From NCBI GenBank assembly GCA_012026655.1, contig JAAILG010000702.1:1-64000 (forward strand): a DNA stretch of 64,000 nt. The letters run 5' to 3'. This document shows positions 13,181-26,650 of the stretch, in pieces. Positions within the stretch are counted from its first letter, which is position 1; every line of letters starts with the position of its first letter. Source of the stretch: Hydrolagus affinis. Its lineage: Eukaryota. The position numbers were made by a program, and so were the translations under genes. Under the pieces are notes generated by a model that was not told the DNA's origin, did no database searches, and saw nothing but the letters and a program-made list of their open reading frames with translations.

Positions 13181-13339
13181 GTGTCTTGGTCCCTTTGAAG
13201 CAGGCTTGTGTCAGTCGGCAAGTTACCGTTGTCCTCATGAGAAATCTGGAGAAACCTGCCTCGCTTTCCGAGTTTCTGGGTGAGCTACTCGATGCCCTGG
13301 AAAACCGAGGTGCAGGAAACCCATTTACCTTCCAGCACG
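13181..13339 (+). CDS. CTTNBP2: CTTNBP2 exon (159 bp; VLVPLKQ...NLEKPASLSEFLGELLDALENRGAGNPFTFQH)
   Basis: tatttcag acceptor, gtaatg donor, phase 1-1, homology to human. Confidence 0.93.
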
Positions 13340-16300
13340 GTAATGATCAATGTACATCTTACACTTTGTTAACTTTCTTTTCTATATTAACCGCAGTGAC
13401 GTGTTTGGCCACTGAATGTCAGAATTGAATCAACTCTATCTCTGATGGACTCAGTAATGTGCGTCCTGAGCTAGGCAGGTCTACAGTAGTCCAGGACATT
13501 TTTGATAACCTCCCAGCCAGGCAGGCACATTATTAGGACATGGAAGGGCAGACCAGTCACAGGGGACAGGGATTTTTACCACTCAGCTCCTGTTAACATG
13601 CCAGCCAAAGCCCTAACGAATAGGGTGGTCCTAGCTGGATAAGCAGCATGAGCTTTCAAAGGCAAGCATATGGTTTTAGCTGGTAAACTATGTGTTTCAG
13701 ATAACTGGCTGACCAAAAGCTTATAAAGCAGAGGTGCTAATATAGCAGTTTGTGCTCTGTGTGGTGTTGGCACTCCTGTAATGTCCAGTTTTATACAATG
13801 AATTGATGTGGAGAAAACACTCACCAAAGTGCAGTCGTGGGTTTGGACAGGCGATTAGGTTGTGAGAATGCTCATGTCTTAGGTACTTTTTAGGAATTGG
13901 AAGCCAGAAAGTTATGCAGAGTTCTAAAAATAAGTTTCATTAATTGGTTTTGTAAATTCTAGAATTCGATAAAACAAATACGAAAAATAGGTTGGTTATT
14001 CAACCCTAACCCCCACCCTACCCCCATTGTACCTTTTGTGAATGTGGAGTCAACAAAACGTTCAAATGTTAATTACATTTTCAGCAGGTGTAAAGCTGGT
14101 GCAGCCTCAATGGGCTGAATGGCCTTCTTTATTGATTCTTAGTTAAAGAAGGGAAAGAAAAACAATAACCTTCTATTGGATTCAATTAATTTTCTCTCCA
14201 CTGCAAACGAATGGACGGAGTAGGCAGTGTAACTTTCTAACTATTCAGCTTTGGAACACTTGGCTTGTTCTACATCTGATATCTCTGTTGAGTGAATGTC
14301 ACTCTATCACATAGGAAATTTATTTAGGAAAATAAATCAAGAAGTCCCTGTACTGGAACTCTCCTGTTGCACGTCCTGTACTTTTTCATTTGGGCTCATG
14401 ATGATTTATTGAGATATATTTATAGATTATTATTTGCTGGTCCTGTTGTTGTTGCCTGAGAGCCGTGGGTTGTAATTAAACATTCCTGAGAAGCCAAACG
14501 GTTCAGTTGGGTCTGGTGAGAGAGCAGGAATAGCTTTCACAGCTATTGATTTGTATAAACAGGTCTAACTTACTCCATTTGCAGGTTGGACAAATTTCAT
14601 TGATAGTGGTGCTGATTTATATTGTGCTTTTCACTTTGGGAGGACATCCCAAAATGCTTTTCTTTCCTGGCTGAGGAAGAAACTAAAATGACCAACAAAA
14701 AGTTGTGATTTTTCTGTTTCTTGCTCAGATTCAGGTTTCAGAAGCCTCTCCCTCCCTTTTCAGCTCAAATTTGTGAACCGCCAACTAATGCAAAGAATCC
14801 TGTTTTTAAAAAACAGTGCAAATTAGACCTGGGTGTACCTGATTGATCCGACAAGTGTATCTGTTAAGAAAATGAGGATTCATAGGATTTTGTGCTGTGT
14901 CAACTTTGTAAGACATCATTTTTCATGTGTCCGGAGTGCTGGGAATTGTGTTGAATGGGCTTCAGCAGAGAGGGTAACTTGTCCTCCTGATGTGAAGGAC
15001 AACAGCAACAAAAATACATTTGTATAGTGCCTTTCATGTCGGGAGGACATCTCAAGGCACTGGGCCACCATATAGGACATTATTATAAATTACATTTGTA
15101 TTGCAATATAAATCAGTTAACAGATGGTCAAATCTGTACCGAAACAACTGTTTACATTCTCTCAAATGGTACCTTCTAATTTTGCACAGTGTTCAAAATG
15201 CATGTTTGACTTTGGCCATATATTAGATATTGTTCCATCGTCAAGCCACCAAATCTTAAGCTCATAGTTTAGACAGATCCTCCAGCCAAATGCTTGGATA
15301 GCCTTGCATTGCCATCTACAAAATACACAGTGACTGTGTTGTGTGAAACACTTTAAGATGTTCATTGAGGTCCAATTTAAAAGAAGAGATTTTTTTTCAG
15401 TGTCACGGCCATCAGTCCTCAGATAAATTGGTTATTCATTTTTATTACTGATTATTAGGCCTTGCTATGCACAAACTACCTGCCTAAAAATACATAGTTC
15501 CAACGCTTAACTGCAATTACCTGTGAAGCGATTTGAGCTCTTGTATTAAATCTCTGTCTTTCGCTCTCCCCCCCTCTCTCTCTCTCTCTCCCCACCCCTT
15601 TCTCCCCCCACTTATAACTCTACATTGTACCTGTATAAAATTGCTTAATTAGAACTTGCATTGATATAGAGCCTTTCATGCTGCAGTTATCTCAGAGTTC
15701 CTACTCCCTTACCTTGTGCTAATTTGCAGATCTGGAAACATAATGGGCCTGCGGATAAACAGGGTTGTACTGCATTAAAACATATGTTTTTTTCCCCCCT
15801 TGGAACATAATAATGTGTTCTCAGGACTCTGTGTGCTCGCTGAATATAAATAGGCACATGGGATATAAATGTATTTAATCTCATAAACAAGAAATCCTGC
15901 AAAAGATGCAAGTGAGTTAGTCTAGGTTTAAACCTTAATACCAGTCTCCTTTCCCTGTGCTCGTTGTTGTGTGTAGTTGTACATTTAGTCTTTTTTTCTA
16001 TCATATGTTTACATTTTAGCATTAAAAGGTCCCCTACTGTGCATAAATATGGTCAGTTGCACAGCATACACTTGCTCAAGCAACAATAAAACGCACAAAC
16101 ACTTCAGTGAACAAATATAGGTTAAAGAGAGTGCAGCCAAGTGCCTGCAGCAGTAGACCACTCAGATCCATGCAGATGACAGGGGAGTTGAATCTCCACG
16201 CTACTGTTGTCCTTGAGTGAGTTCTAAACTGGACCTCGGATTAAGTGCCTTTTACACTCCATTTGAAAAGAGAGCTAAAAGGAAAGAAAAACTTTACGTA

Positions 16301-17164
16301 CATAGTGTAACCACTATGATATGCTATCTGCATGAAGGGCATTGTATAAATACAAGTTGTTGCTGCAAGATGTTGTATGGGTGAATCTAATGCAGGGATT
16401 ATCATTATGGTTAGGGAAAGGAGATTTTACCGGTATGAAAAACGTAATTTACGTATGTAACAACAACTGCAAATTAAGTGTAGTGTCTTATGGGGCAAAT
16501 AAAATTAATTGCTTAACTGAATTCCGAACTATTGAATCCCAAGGTGGTCATTCATGTGTAAATGACAAACACGTGTGTCTGTTTCCATACTTAAATAATT
16601 CAAGCATCAAATGTGATGCTGTGTTTCCTCTGTCCTGTGTTGAACAACAACGCCAAACAAACAGGCAGTGCTGCCAAATACTGTATCCAGTCATACCACC
16701 AAATATAACATTAATAATGCTGATGCTGTTTTTGCTATAGCACAGTTATCAGGCCTTTAAGACAACTCAAAGCACTTCACAGAATTTTACTGCAAAGTGT
16801 GGTGATTGTACATTTTGTGGGCAATATACTGTACCACAAACAGCCATGAACTGAGTGACGATTTTATTTTGGGAATTGGAAACCAGGACACAGAGCAAAA
16901 CCCCCATTACTTACACAAGCAATGCTGCCACACACCTAAGCTTCACAAACAAAACATGTTTTAACAAAAAAGAAACCAAAAGATAAACAGTAGCACCCAG
17001 ATAAGCAATACTGGTACCAAATAGCCAGGCAGGGCCATCCAGTGACTAAATCTTAACATGCTGAAGGCAACATATAAGGTTTGCTTTAGCACCCAGATTC
17101 TTGGTATTGTTGAGCAAACACTGCTTGTTGGTAGAGACGCCATATGTGTGCTTCTGACCTCCAG

Positions 17165-17352
17165 GTGACGGGACCTCGGACTCCTACTGCTTTCAAGAGA
17201 AGAGTTTTCTAATTGGGACAATGGCCAAGTTGAGACTGCAAAGCTCGGACCTGGTGGTGCAACAGCATTTCCGCTGGGTGCAGCTGCGGTGGGACGCGGA
17301 GCCCATCAGTGGTTTGCTTCAGAGGTTCCTAAAGAGGAAAATGATTCACGTG
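17165..17352 (+). CDS. CTTNBP2: CTTNBP2 exon (188 bp; ...[31 protein letters not shown])
   Basis: ctccag acceptor, gtgaga donor, phase 1-0. [12 protein letters not shown] motif conserved. Confidence 0.95.
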
Positions 17353-18205
17353 GTGAGAGTTCATTCTGATAGCCAGTTTGTAAGTTTTTTGTGTAGTTAT
17401 AGGAGGACATGAACCGGTATTAACCTAGCTTGCACCTCTCAAACCTGAGCAAATGGAACCAGGTCGTTTTGTTTTTTGTAGCCCTGTGAAATCCCATTTT
17501 GTGTCAGTATGATTGAGTTGTCAGTAAATACCTTCTCTTCCTCTGCAGAATGTAACCAGTAAATTGGGCTGTCACCTGTTTGAACTTTTGTTGAATCTTT
17601 TTCAATGGGAGTTGATTTCACCCAATTTTTGTGTGCAGTCAACATTGAGTCATAAACAGTAACATGGAATCTCGCATTATTGTGAATCTTTCACACTATG
17701 GTACTATGGTATCATGAATTCCTATAATACTGCGTTATGTAGTGTTTTGGCATCTATGTTTAAACTGCATCTGTGTCTCAATGGGAGCTGCAGGTTTGAA
17801 ACATAATCCTGTCTTGCAATGAAATTCCATCGAGCAACTGACTTGGAACAAATGTGGTTGTCTTCCAAAAGACACCAAAGTGCAAAGAAGTACAAAGAAT
17901 GAAAGAAACTGGAGAACAAATTGCCATCTTTTCACAGCCATCCATTTCACTCTCTGCTTTACTATTGTTCAGAAATCGTTGAACCCTGAACTGTCTGCTC
18001 AGGCTAACCGAGGAGGTTGTATTTAACAGTTCCCATCTCACTCGTGACCATTGCAGTTTAGATGCCAACGTCTTTGTTAAGCTCTATATTCGTAGAAACA
18101 TAAATCTTTTTTTTTCTCTTTGAGTCTCCGTTAGGTCATTGAGATGTATTATAGGAAAATAGGAGTCAAAGATGGTTATAAATAATTGCTTTTTTCCCCC
18201 CTCAG

Positions 18206-18384
18206 TTCCAAGGAGAGCTTCCATCTCCAGCTGACCCCGTGCGTAAAGCTGTGCTATGGGTTTGTGCTGTCTGGCGACAGCTGAATTCCTACTTATCTCG
18301 CTTAGGAACACCTGAGGCACTGATGGGACCAAGAGATTTCTTTTCCTGCCCTGTCTTACCAGGCCAGATACAAGCTGTAATGAA
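18206..18384 (+). CDS. CTTNBP2: CTTNBP2 exon (179 bp; [42 protein letters not shown]...)
   Basis: Polypyrimidine-cag acceptor, gtaggt donor, phase 0-2. [15 protein letters not shown] conserved. Confidence 0.95.
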
Positions 18385-18629
18385 GTAGGTTGCTGTTATA
18401 TGAAGTTATATGTGCCATTTGCTGTATAAGAGGTTGTGACTGTTTTTACTGCTATTCTGTTACCCATTATATGCATTGTTTTGGGGGGAGAGTCCGAAGA
18501 GAAGAATACTAAACCTTTTAATTTTTTCTTAAGTTATGACTTCTACTACTTCTGAAATTTTGCTTTTCATGTGATTGTGATTGAAACCTGCCCACAGCAA
18601 AGAGCCAAGGCGGTGGGGAGAGGAAAGGT

Positions 18630-18933
18630 GATAATGATCTTTGCATTTGATATAACGCTTTTCACATCTTCAAGACGTCTCAAAGTGCTTCACAGAATAT
18701 GCTGCCAACTGAATTGATTGTATATTTTGTGGACGAAACAAGGAAGCCAATTCTGCATAGCAGTGTCCGACAATCGTGGATTGAAGTGAACAATTTATTA
18801 TTGGATTTTTTCTTGCGGGGCTATTATCAGGCGTGTGGAGAAAGGAAACTTGCCCAAGGTTTTGCCCTCTAGGAATCGGACCCAGGTCTCTCGTTTGCGA
18901 GGCAAATGTTCTAATCACTTAGCTACAGGACTC
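18630..18933 (-). mobile_element. Full-length tRNA-headed SINE
   Basis: Reverse complement of the family at 8703-9012; head gagtcctgtagctaagtg. Confidence 0.85.
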
Positions 18934-19684
18934 AAATATTTTGTGAAATGCTGTATTATGAACTGGAATTCAGTCACATCAGTGAGCTGAGGGACTTTTC
19001 ATACCCAATGGTGACTTTGCTATCAAAGTGGCAAGTGGGATTGATTCTGCCAGCATTATGCAGGGACTGAATGCACCTGGAGGAATTATTTTATGGCATA
19101 TCCGTCTACAAAATACATAGTTATATGACTTTAAAATAATTCCTGTGAAACTCTTTGAGACATTCCCTGACTTGAAAGGCATTATATTAAATGCAAGGAT
19201 TGTTATTTTTATTATTAGGTTATTACAGTTTAAATCACTCTGTAGAGGCAGTTTCTAAGTAGGTTACAGTGATGGATGGGCCAGCCCAATAACACTGCTA
19301 CATATTCTTGAATTTCCTAAAATAGCTGGTTTTTGCAGGAGATTTTGTTCACCAGGTATTTTGGCAAGTCATTTCTGATAGTCTAATTAACAATCCCAGT
19401 TGCACCCATCATTATAGGAACTATGTTTCTTTATACTTCCTTCATTTGCATCTTGTATTATTACAATTATTTGAAAGCAAGGGCTTTAAAAGCAAAGACG
19501 AGGAGTTTGAACTTGATTCTCTGGAGGATGGGGAGTCAGTGAAGCCAGACAAGGATGGGGATGATCCATTCATAGAGCCTGGTTGGGGGTGGGGGGCACG
19601 AGCTGTAGGGTTCTGAATAATCTGCAGTTTGATGGAGGCAAGAGCTGGGAGTTAGCATAGTCAAGTTGTTGTCATTGTTTCCAG

Positions 19685-19890
19685 GTGGATGGCCAGTCTG
19701 TGGAACAATGTGGTTGCCCGGAGAGCGGAAGAAGCCATACTTTCCAGAGCCTCCGTTAAGAGACCTTCAGGCCTACAGGGACAGCCCGTTACCAAGGTTC
19801 TCAGCCAGAGCCAGCAAGCAGTGGTCAAGGCAGCCCTCAGTATCCTGCTCAACAAAGCTGTACTACACGGCTGTTCACTGTCCAGACAAG
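19685..19890 (+). CDS. CTTNBP2: CTTNBP2 exon (206 bp; WMASLWN...[11 protein letters not shown]...[21 protein letters not shown])
   Basis: tttccag acceptor, gtaaaa donor, phase 2-1, near-identity to human. Confidence 0.96.
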
Positions 19891-20822
19891 GTAAAATAAG
19901 CAGTGGAACATCTGCGCTGGCATACAACAACAACAACAAAATTATACTTTCCTAGCGCCTTTCACGTCCCAAGGCGCTGATACATTATAACACTGAGTAT
20001 AACTGCTAAAATGCTTACCCTGGTTCAAGGCACGTCTGAAAACCTAACTTTTTGAATGGACTTTCGGCCATGTTTCCCCCTCCCCACTCTTCGATTCCAA
20101 CCCTCAGCTCAGGTGCTCATCCAGCATTGTAAGCTCTTATGAGAAATCGTCCTGAGGTGAAAGGCACTGTATAAATATCAACTGTATTGTATCATATCAT
20201 TGTCAGGTTACTCAGCCACACAGCAAGGTCCTTTTAAGGAGTGTAAGCCTCGAGGGTATTCTGTGTAGAAAGTGCCGTCTTAAAACTCTCTGTATATTCT
20301 GCTCCTCAGCAACTGGAAACCTTCACTTTATGTCTCTGCATTTTAAGAGCTCAATTGCAAGGAATTACTGGACAAAGCAACTAGTCAAATCCTAGAGTAC
20401 ATTTCTAATAAACAGTGCTGCATTTCTTCTATTTACTCAGTGAATGAATGATTTGAAAAATACATGAACCAATGTACAGTAAAAGGTGCGGTGTGGAAAA
20501 CAACGACAATTTACATATATACAGTGTCTTGCAAGTTGGGAGGGCGTCTCAAAATGTTTGCCACTTGATTGGGAGCCTGAGGATGAGGAGTGGGGGGAAT
20601 TGAGGAATGGGAAAGATGGCCAAAGGCACGCACGGTCAAAGAAATAAGTCTTGAGACGGATCTTCATTGAGGTGAGGAGGGAGCGAGTCGGGAGGGATTC
20701 TGGGATGGAGTCCCAGAGAGTGAGGGCGGAATGGCTGAAAGGTTCCCCCACCTCCAATGGTTGGCAATTAAAGAAGTGTATAACTTTACATGCAGTGTGT
20801 AACTGAAGATTTGTGGTTGTAG

Positions 20823-21005
20823 AGTTAGACCAATACCTGCCAGAATTCCAGGGATGGAGCTTTCCTCTGACCATGATAACCAGCTACAAAACCAGCAAGA
20901 AGAAAATCGACAGCAGTTCGTGGAGACGAGTGAGCACCGGTCCACGCAAAAAATCGGCCCATTCAGTGTCCCAGACCTGGAACAAACTCGAAGGACAAAG
21001 AGAAG
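20823..21005 (+). CDS. CTTNBP2: CTTNBP2 exon (183 bp; ELDQYLPEFQGWSFPL...WRRVSTGPRKKS...TWNK)
   Basis: ttgtag acceptor, gtaagg donor, phase 1-1, homology to human. Confidence 0.93.
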
Positions 21006-22535
21006 GTAAGGCCCAATATAAGGTCAAACTAATCCTAGTGCTACAATGATTTTGGTATTTAACATTTGCCCACAAAATACACACGGTCGTATCTATCACA
21101 TAGTTTTCACATATGTTTCACTCACAAATGTACAGTCAATTCACTTCACAGTGAAGCGCTTTGAGATGCCTAGAAAATGTGAAAAGTGCTGTATCAAATT
21201 GCAAGGATTATTATTATTGTTACCTTGTGGTGAGGTGCAATATCAACGGTGATGATTATCGAGTGCTTTATCACGTTGAAATGTCAAAAAGCACGTCAGA
21301 GGATTGTACATTAAAATGTTGGGCTGTGTATTTGTAGGCAAACTCGGCAGCCAAATTACCCACAGCAAAGTCCCACAAACAGGCAAAACACACAGAAGAT
21401 GAATGACTATTTTTAATATAGAGGACAATGGGAGAAACTACTTTCTCTTGAAATATGGAATCTTTTAATGTCCTGTTGAAGAGATGAATTGGACCTCAGT
21501 TTAATGTTTAGCACGGAACCAGGCCATTTGGCTCAAATAGTCAGTGTTAGTATTTATAATCCAGACAAGTCTCTACCCACTCCTCCCTCCCTCCCTTCTT
21601 CCTCCCTCCCTCCTCCCTCCCTCTCTCCCTCCTGCACTCACTCACTCACTCACTCCTATTCCCTTCTCTTTTGTGTGAATATCCAGCTTCCTCTCAAATG
21701 CATCTACAGCAATGGGCATTGGAAATAAATAGGATCACTGATGAAGGATAAAAACATTTTCATTACCAGCTGCCTTCTAATGATTTTATTTCCCTAAATT
21801 CTCAACAGATTTAAAAAGCATTAAATCAGTTTTATTAGTTTTGCTGCTCTGTTTAATTTGTCTTTAATTGTAACTTTTTGATGTCAACCATTGCATGTTA
21901 TATTTCCAAGTGACTGATCGATTTTGGTTGTGAGTTAAACTCAGCTCCATTGCCGTTTTTGGCAACTGTGCACAGTGTCGAAAATTGTGTGTGTGTGCGT
22001 CTGCCAGATAATTAGCAAGGCGAGCAAATAAAAAAAAGTCACCTGTTATTGCATTTGGTTTTTGACACATGTGGAAATCCATCATCAAGATTCAGAGTAT
22101 CCAAACCAGATTGAAAGTTCCATCTGTGTGTCTGGATTTGGAAGAGTGCTCTCCCCTCGGAGGGACACATTCCCCTTACCAAATTCAGAGGATATTATTT
22201 GCAGGTTGGCAAGAGCCAAGGCTTGGGGACTCCAGAATATGTTTTGGGGAACTCTTGGAGTAAAACCAGCTGAAACCATAAACCTTGAGATTGAGAGCAT
22301 TCTCAGCGCAGTATGGTAAGTAAGGAAAACAAACGGTGCCAATGGTAGCTAAAGAGCAGCGCATGGGTATTTTCGGGGAGGTAGTGGGGTGGGTGGGTGG
22401 GGGGGGTAAGCTTGCAGAGGTTGTAATGCTGAGGATATCAATAGTAAAATCGCTGAGAGGTTGCTGTTTGGTATATGAATATCCATTTTAACCACAATAT
22501 CCATTTTAACCACAAGCTTCCTGTTTGTTTCCAAG

Positions 22536-22602
22536 CAGCAATTCAGTTAACACCAGAGTCACCTGAAGACTTCAACAAGTTGAATGTGCAAACTAGACCG
22601 CA
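22536..22602 (+). CDS. CTTNBP2: Probable CTTNBP2 small exon (67 bp, or 64 bp from 22539; AIQLTPESPEDFNKLNVQTRP)
   Basis: Best candidate supplying the required phase 1-2 link. Pyrimidine-rich acceptor with tandem AAG CAG and a consensus gtaagt donor. The peptide is poorly conserved. Confidence 0.7.
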
Positions 22603-25020
22603 GTAAGTTTGTTTGCATGAATACAACTACAATCTGATTCAATTTCTTCGCCCTCCCTTATTTAACATCGACGTTGCATGGTTAAATTGTTGCAAATTCT
22701 AAGAGGGCTAACATGGTTTAACTACAGTTTTTCTTTTGAAACAAAACCCATTTTGCTTTGTGAAAAGTATTATTTCCTGCCCGCTTATTATTTTCTATAT
22801 TAAAAATGTACCATGTCATATTGTGTGCTGAGAAGTTATTAATATTCGCAGCAACGCAAGTCAGTGTTGCAATTAGAGCTCTGGTATTCATGAGGTGCCT
22901 GTGTTAATAATGAATGTAACCAGATGCTTAATGAATAACCGATTGAGTATTGCCCTTCTCTGGGTCGATGGAGATTTCAATCCAAGGTGGTTGACCCAAG
23001 TAGCTTCTGACTGGAGGCTGTAAATAGCCACAATCAAAATTACGTGGACAGGTTTGTCTTTGAAGTTCTACTGAACACATTAGTCTAATGAATGACGTGC
23101 TAGATAATTGTAGCTATTAACAGTGAAGGATTGAGATGTGGGGTTGGTGGGGTGGGCAAATTTTAAAAAAAAATCATTTGGATGCAAGTTGGATGCATGT
23201 GACCTTCAGGAAAAAGGATGTATTGTTAACGTAACATAGGAGAATTCAATGTTCCAATATCCAGCACAGTTGCCCTGCCAAGGAACATGCGCAATTTAAT
23301 TTATTTGGGGGCAAAGGGGTCAAGACGTTTTTCCAGGTCATCTGTTGGCTGACTTTGAAGTCGAGATTGCACTGCAGGGCTGAGAAGTATTGCTGGTCTG
23401 TCCATATGTTCTCTCCATTGCTTAATGATGGTTCAGCCTTGGCTGACTACTCAGTCATCGAAAGGAATCATCAAAGGCAAAAGCTCCCAGCGATTTGCTG
23501 GATTTGAATTCATTTTTTTTTAAAAAGGACTGATATAGTGATTGAGGGAGAACTAGAACAAATTTCTATAAAAAATATAGGTTATGAAACACAACCATGT
23601 GCTTTGTGGGTTTTATGATGTGATTTGATAAATTATGATAATCTGAAAAGGATATTAATAAGATGGGAATTCAAGGTTTCAGGCAAATGAAACTGACGGG
23701 CAAAATGTTCCAACAATATGGTGTTTGTTTTAGTCAAAGGCATGGAGATGGCTTCTACACATAGTTAAGACTTAACATCCATAATAAGAGCTTGCATTTA
23801 TTGGAACAGCTTTCATGTAATATAAGATCTCATGATGCTCCGTCAGTTTGGTGGTGGACAATACGTATCTGCTTCATTGATTGCGTGAGTTAAGGCTTTC
23901 TCCTGTATCTTATTCTCGTTGCTTGTCTTTCCTTGAAAATCACAGGCCAGTTATTGTGTAAGACAAATTGTCTATTTGCCTGGGCTGCTGTCCAGGTGAC
24001 TTGCAGCGAAACTGCAGCCTAATTGTGATTGAGGTTACCCATCCAGTCTGAAGTTTGGCATGTGGCGCGAAACAACCTCAGGGAAATAGTCTCACATCAC
24101 TTGGCTTTGCGCTAGGCACATAATAACTGCACCTGGTACAAAGTAAGTTTCTGCGTAAATAAAGGTCATGTTTACAAGTTCTTTACTAATCTGAAAAATT
24201 GTTCACAAACCATCACTGCAGCCTGGGGATCTCTGTGCTGCAGCTCAACCAAGCTGAAGTCAAAGGTAGCTGTATAACTTGTTCCTTTGTATTTGCACTG
24301 GTCCTAAACAAGAACAGGTATAACTGGAGCATTATGGCTTGCATTCAAATGATCATGAGAATAACGAGTGCTGAGATTATGGTATTTTGATGCAACATTT
24401 ATCATTTTGCTTCGGGAGTAAATTTGAAAACTGCTAACAGAGTTACTTATCAAACTTCCCCACACCTCTGGAACTTCCTATTCTATCACTTTGCCTCACC
24501 CCATCATTATTTATCTTTAAATTCTCCTTAACACTTACCTCTTTGGCAGCGTCTCTCTTTGACATAGCGCCCGACCCTGACACTGTGCAGCACTCCAAGA
24601 TGCCAACCTGCCAACCTGCATGAAAGGCACTATGTAAATGCAAGTCATTGTTGCGCTATAACAACAACAACAAAATTACGTTTGTAGATGCCTTTCACGT
24701 TGGGAGAATGTTTCAAGGCGCTGAACAGTCAGGGGTCAGGACATGAGCAGTGGGGGAGTGGGGAGCAGGGTTGGGATGGTGAATGGCAGAGAGGTAAGAA
24801 GGCAACTGAAGGCACAGTTGAAGTGGAGGCAAGGCTAAGGGATTGTGGGATGGAGTTCCAAAGTGTTGGAGCAAAAGCTTTAAGTAGTGGTCAAAGCTTT
24901 ATCTAGAAGCTTTATATAAAGAACAACAACAACTTTGATTTATATATAAAGCTATATATAAGCTTCATATAGACCTAAAGAAAAATCTAGAGTAACGTTT
25001 CGAATTGCCTTTACATTCAG

Positions 25021-25153
25021 TTCGCTGGAGAGTGGTCAAGTGAAAGCTGCGGATCTAGAGCAAGGGTTGGCTCTTTACTCCGAAGAAGATGATGACCTCA
25101 TGGAAGAACTCCAGAGTATGTGCTTAAGCAGGTCCGAGTCTGATATTAGCAAG
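25021..25153 (+). CDS. CTTNBP2: CTTNBP2 exon (133 bp; SLESGQ...DLMEELQSMCLSRSESDISK)
   Basis: tttacattcag acceptor, gtaaag donor, phase 2-0. ELQSMC..SESDISK conserved. Confidence 0.92.
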
Positions 25154-26182
25154 GTAAAGACACTGTAGACATAACCTGCATGGAGATACTGTCAAACTAC
25201 AACTTGTATAGGTTGCCTTAAAATCACACCTTTTGAGCTGAGTGGCTGAGCAGGCAAAAGATTGTGGCTCAGTATCTCAGTGTATTCAGTGTAGTCAACC
25301 ACTGCGCCAAGGACTGAATTATAAACTGCTCCAAGACATAATCTTGAAGGGTGCTTAAGTACAAGTTGTTATTGTTAAGGCGCACAAAATGTGTTTGAAC
25401 AGCAAGTATTTGAAGACTTTTGGTGTGATTGTATTCATGTTCTGAAGCGAAGCCTATGTTTGCACTGAATGTAAGATTGTGCGTACAACACTGAATACAA
25501 AACACTTCACCTGATCCACTTGTCTACATTGTGTGTTCAGGAAGTCAATGAACAAACACTTTAGGCCACCATTAACAAAATTTATTGATTTTCTGTTACT
25601 AATTGAAAGTTTTGAACCTTATCAAAATAGAGAGAGCATATTACTGTAACTCTGGAATGCAAATACTGTATGTTAAATGGACTTGTATTGACATTCCAGT
25701 TGCCTTTATTTGCAGCTTCTGTCTGCCATATACAGTTACAATGGGAGAAATCGCTTTAGTGACCAATAATAATCGGATATACTACCTTATCACATTTGAT
25801 ATACCAACAACAAAATTACACTTGTATAGCACCTTTCAAGTCAGGAGGACATCCCAAGGCGCTGGACACAAATTAAATTGTGTGTTGTTTTTCCCTGGAT
25901 TGAGTGAATTCTACTGAAGACGAAAGTTTCTCCCAGTGTCCCAACTAATAATCCCCCAAATAAAATTGGTCACTCACTCAACAGCTCACTGTTTGTGGAA
26001 GCAAATTGGTTGTCACGTTTGCTCACAAAATATATGCAGTCACAGCACTGTACAGTATATTATTTATGGTGTCTCGTCACCGTGATAAGGTGGTATATCA
26101 AATGTAAGGTTTATATATGAATGAAGGGCTTTGCTTGGTGTAAATGTTGAAAACTAAATTGGACATTAAATCTGCGTTACAG

Positions 26183-26287
26183 ATCGACACATCAAAAGAT
26201 CTTTTCTTTATGATCCCTGGTTCTCAGAGTGACCAGTCAGCCCTAAAGATGGCAAAAGAACACACTGCTCAGTCGCCAGCACCTAAG
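26183..26287 (+). CDS. CTTNBP2: CTTNBP2 penultimate exon (105 bp; IDTSKDLFFMIPGSQ...PAPK)
   Basis: gttacag acceptor, gtaatg donor, phase 0-0. 35 aa, like the recalled human IADSRDD... segment. Confidence 0.85.
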
Positions 26288-26650
26288 GTAATGAATGTTA
26301 AACAACATCCTGGAAATTCCTCCACTCCAAACACAATGGAGCCAATGTGACCACAAACCTCAGGTTGGATGTGGGAATTGTGGAGAATTCCTTTTTAAAG
26401 GGCATTGGCATATTTTGTCGGTTCCAGGGTGGTCTACTCATTCAGTTATTACTGTTGTGGTGTAGGATGGTAGGTTAATCTCCCAATACATCCTCAGGTG
26501 ACCATCCAGACGTTTTCCCGTCGTGAAAAGCATTGTCTAAATAGAATTGTATTGTAGCTCCGCTTCAGTGGGTTCTATTGTGGGTCTGGAGCCTATGGAG
26601 TGGGGGGTAGGTGTCAATGTGAGTTCAGTTGCATTGTATTTGATTTTCAG

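Noticed and set aside
16342-16740. 132-aa intronic ORF and similar 60-130 aa ORFs in the track
   Set aside because: No domain signal and composition typical of random AT-rich intron.
22261-22315. Alternative phase 1-2 exon with a gtaagt donor
   Set aside because: GAG acceptor without a polypyrimidine tract; weaker than 22536-22602.
24963-25020. 5' extension of the CTTNBP2 133-bp exon that would avoid needing the 67-bp exon
   Set aside because: It is in frame, but its acceptor (tatatataag) is poor compared with 25021, and a well-formed 67-bp exon supplies the phase.
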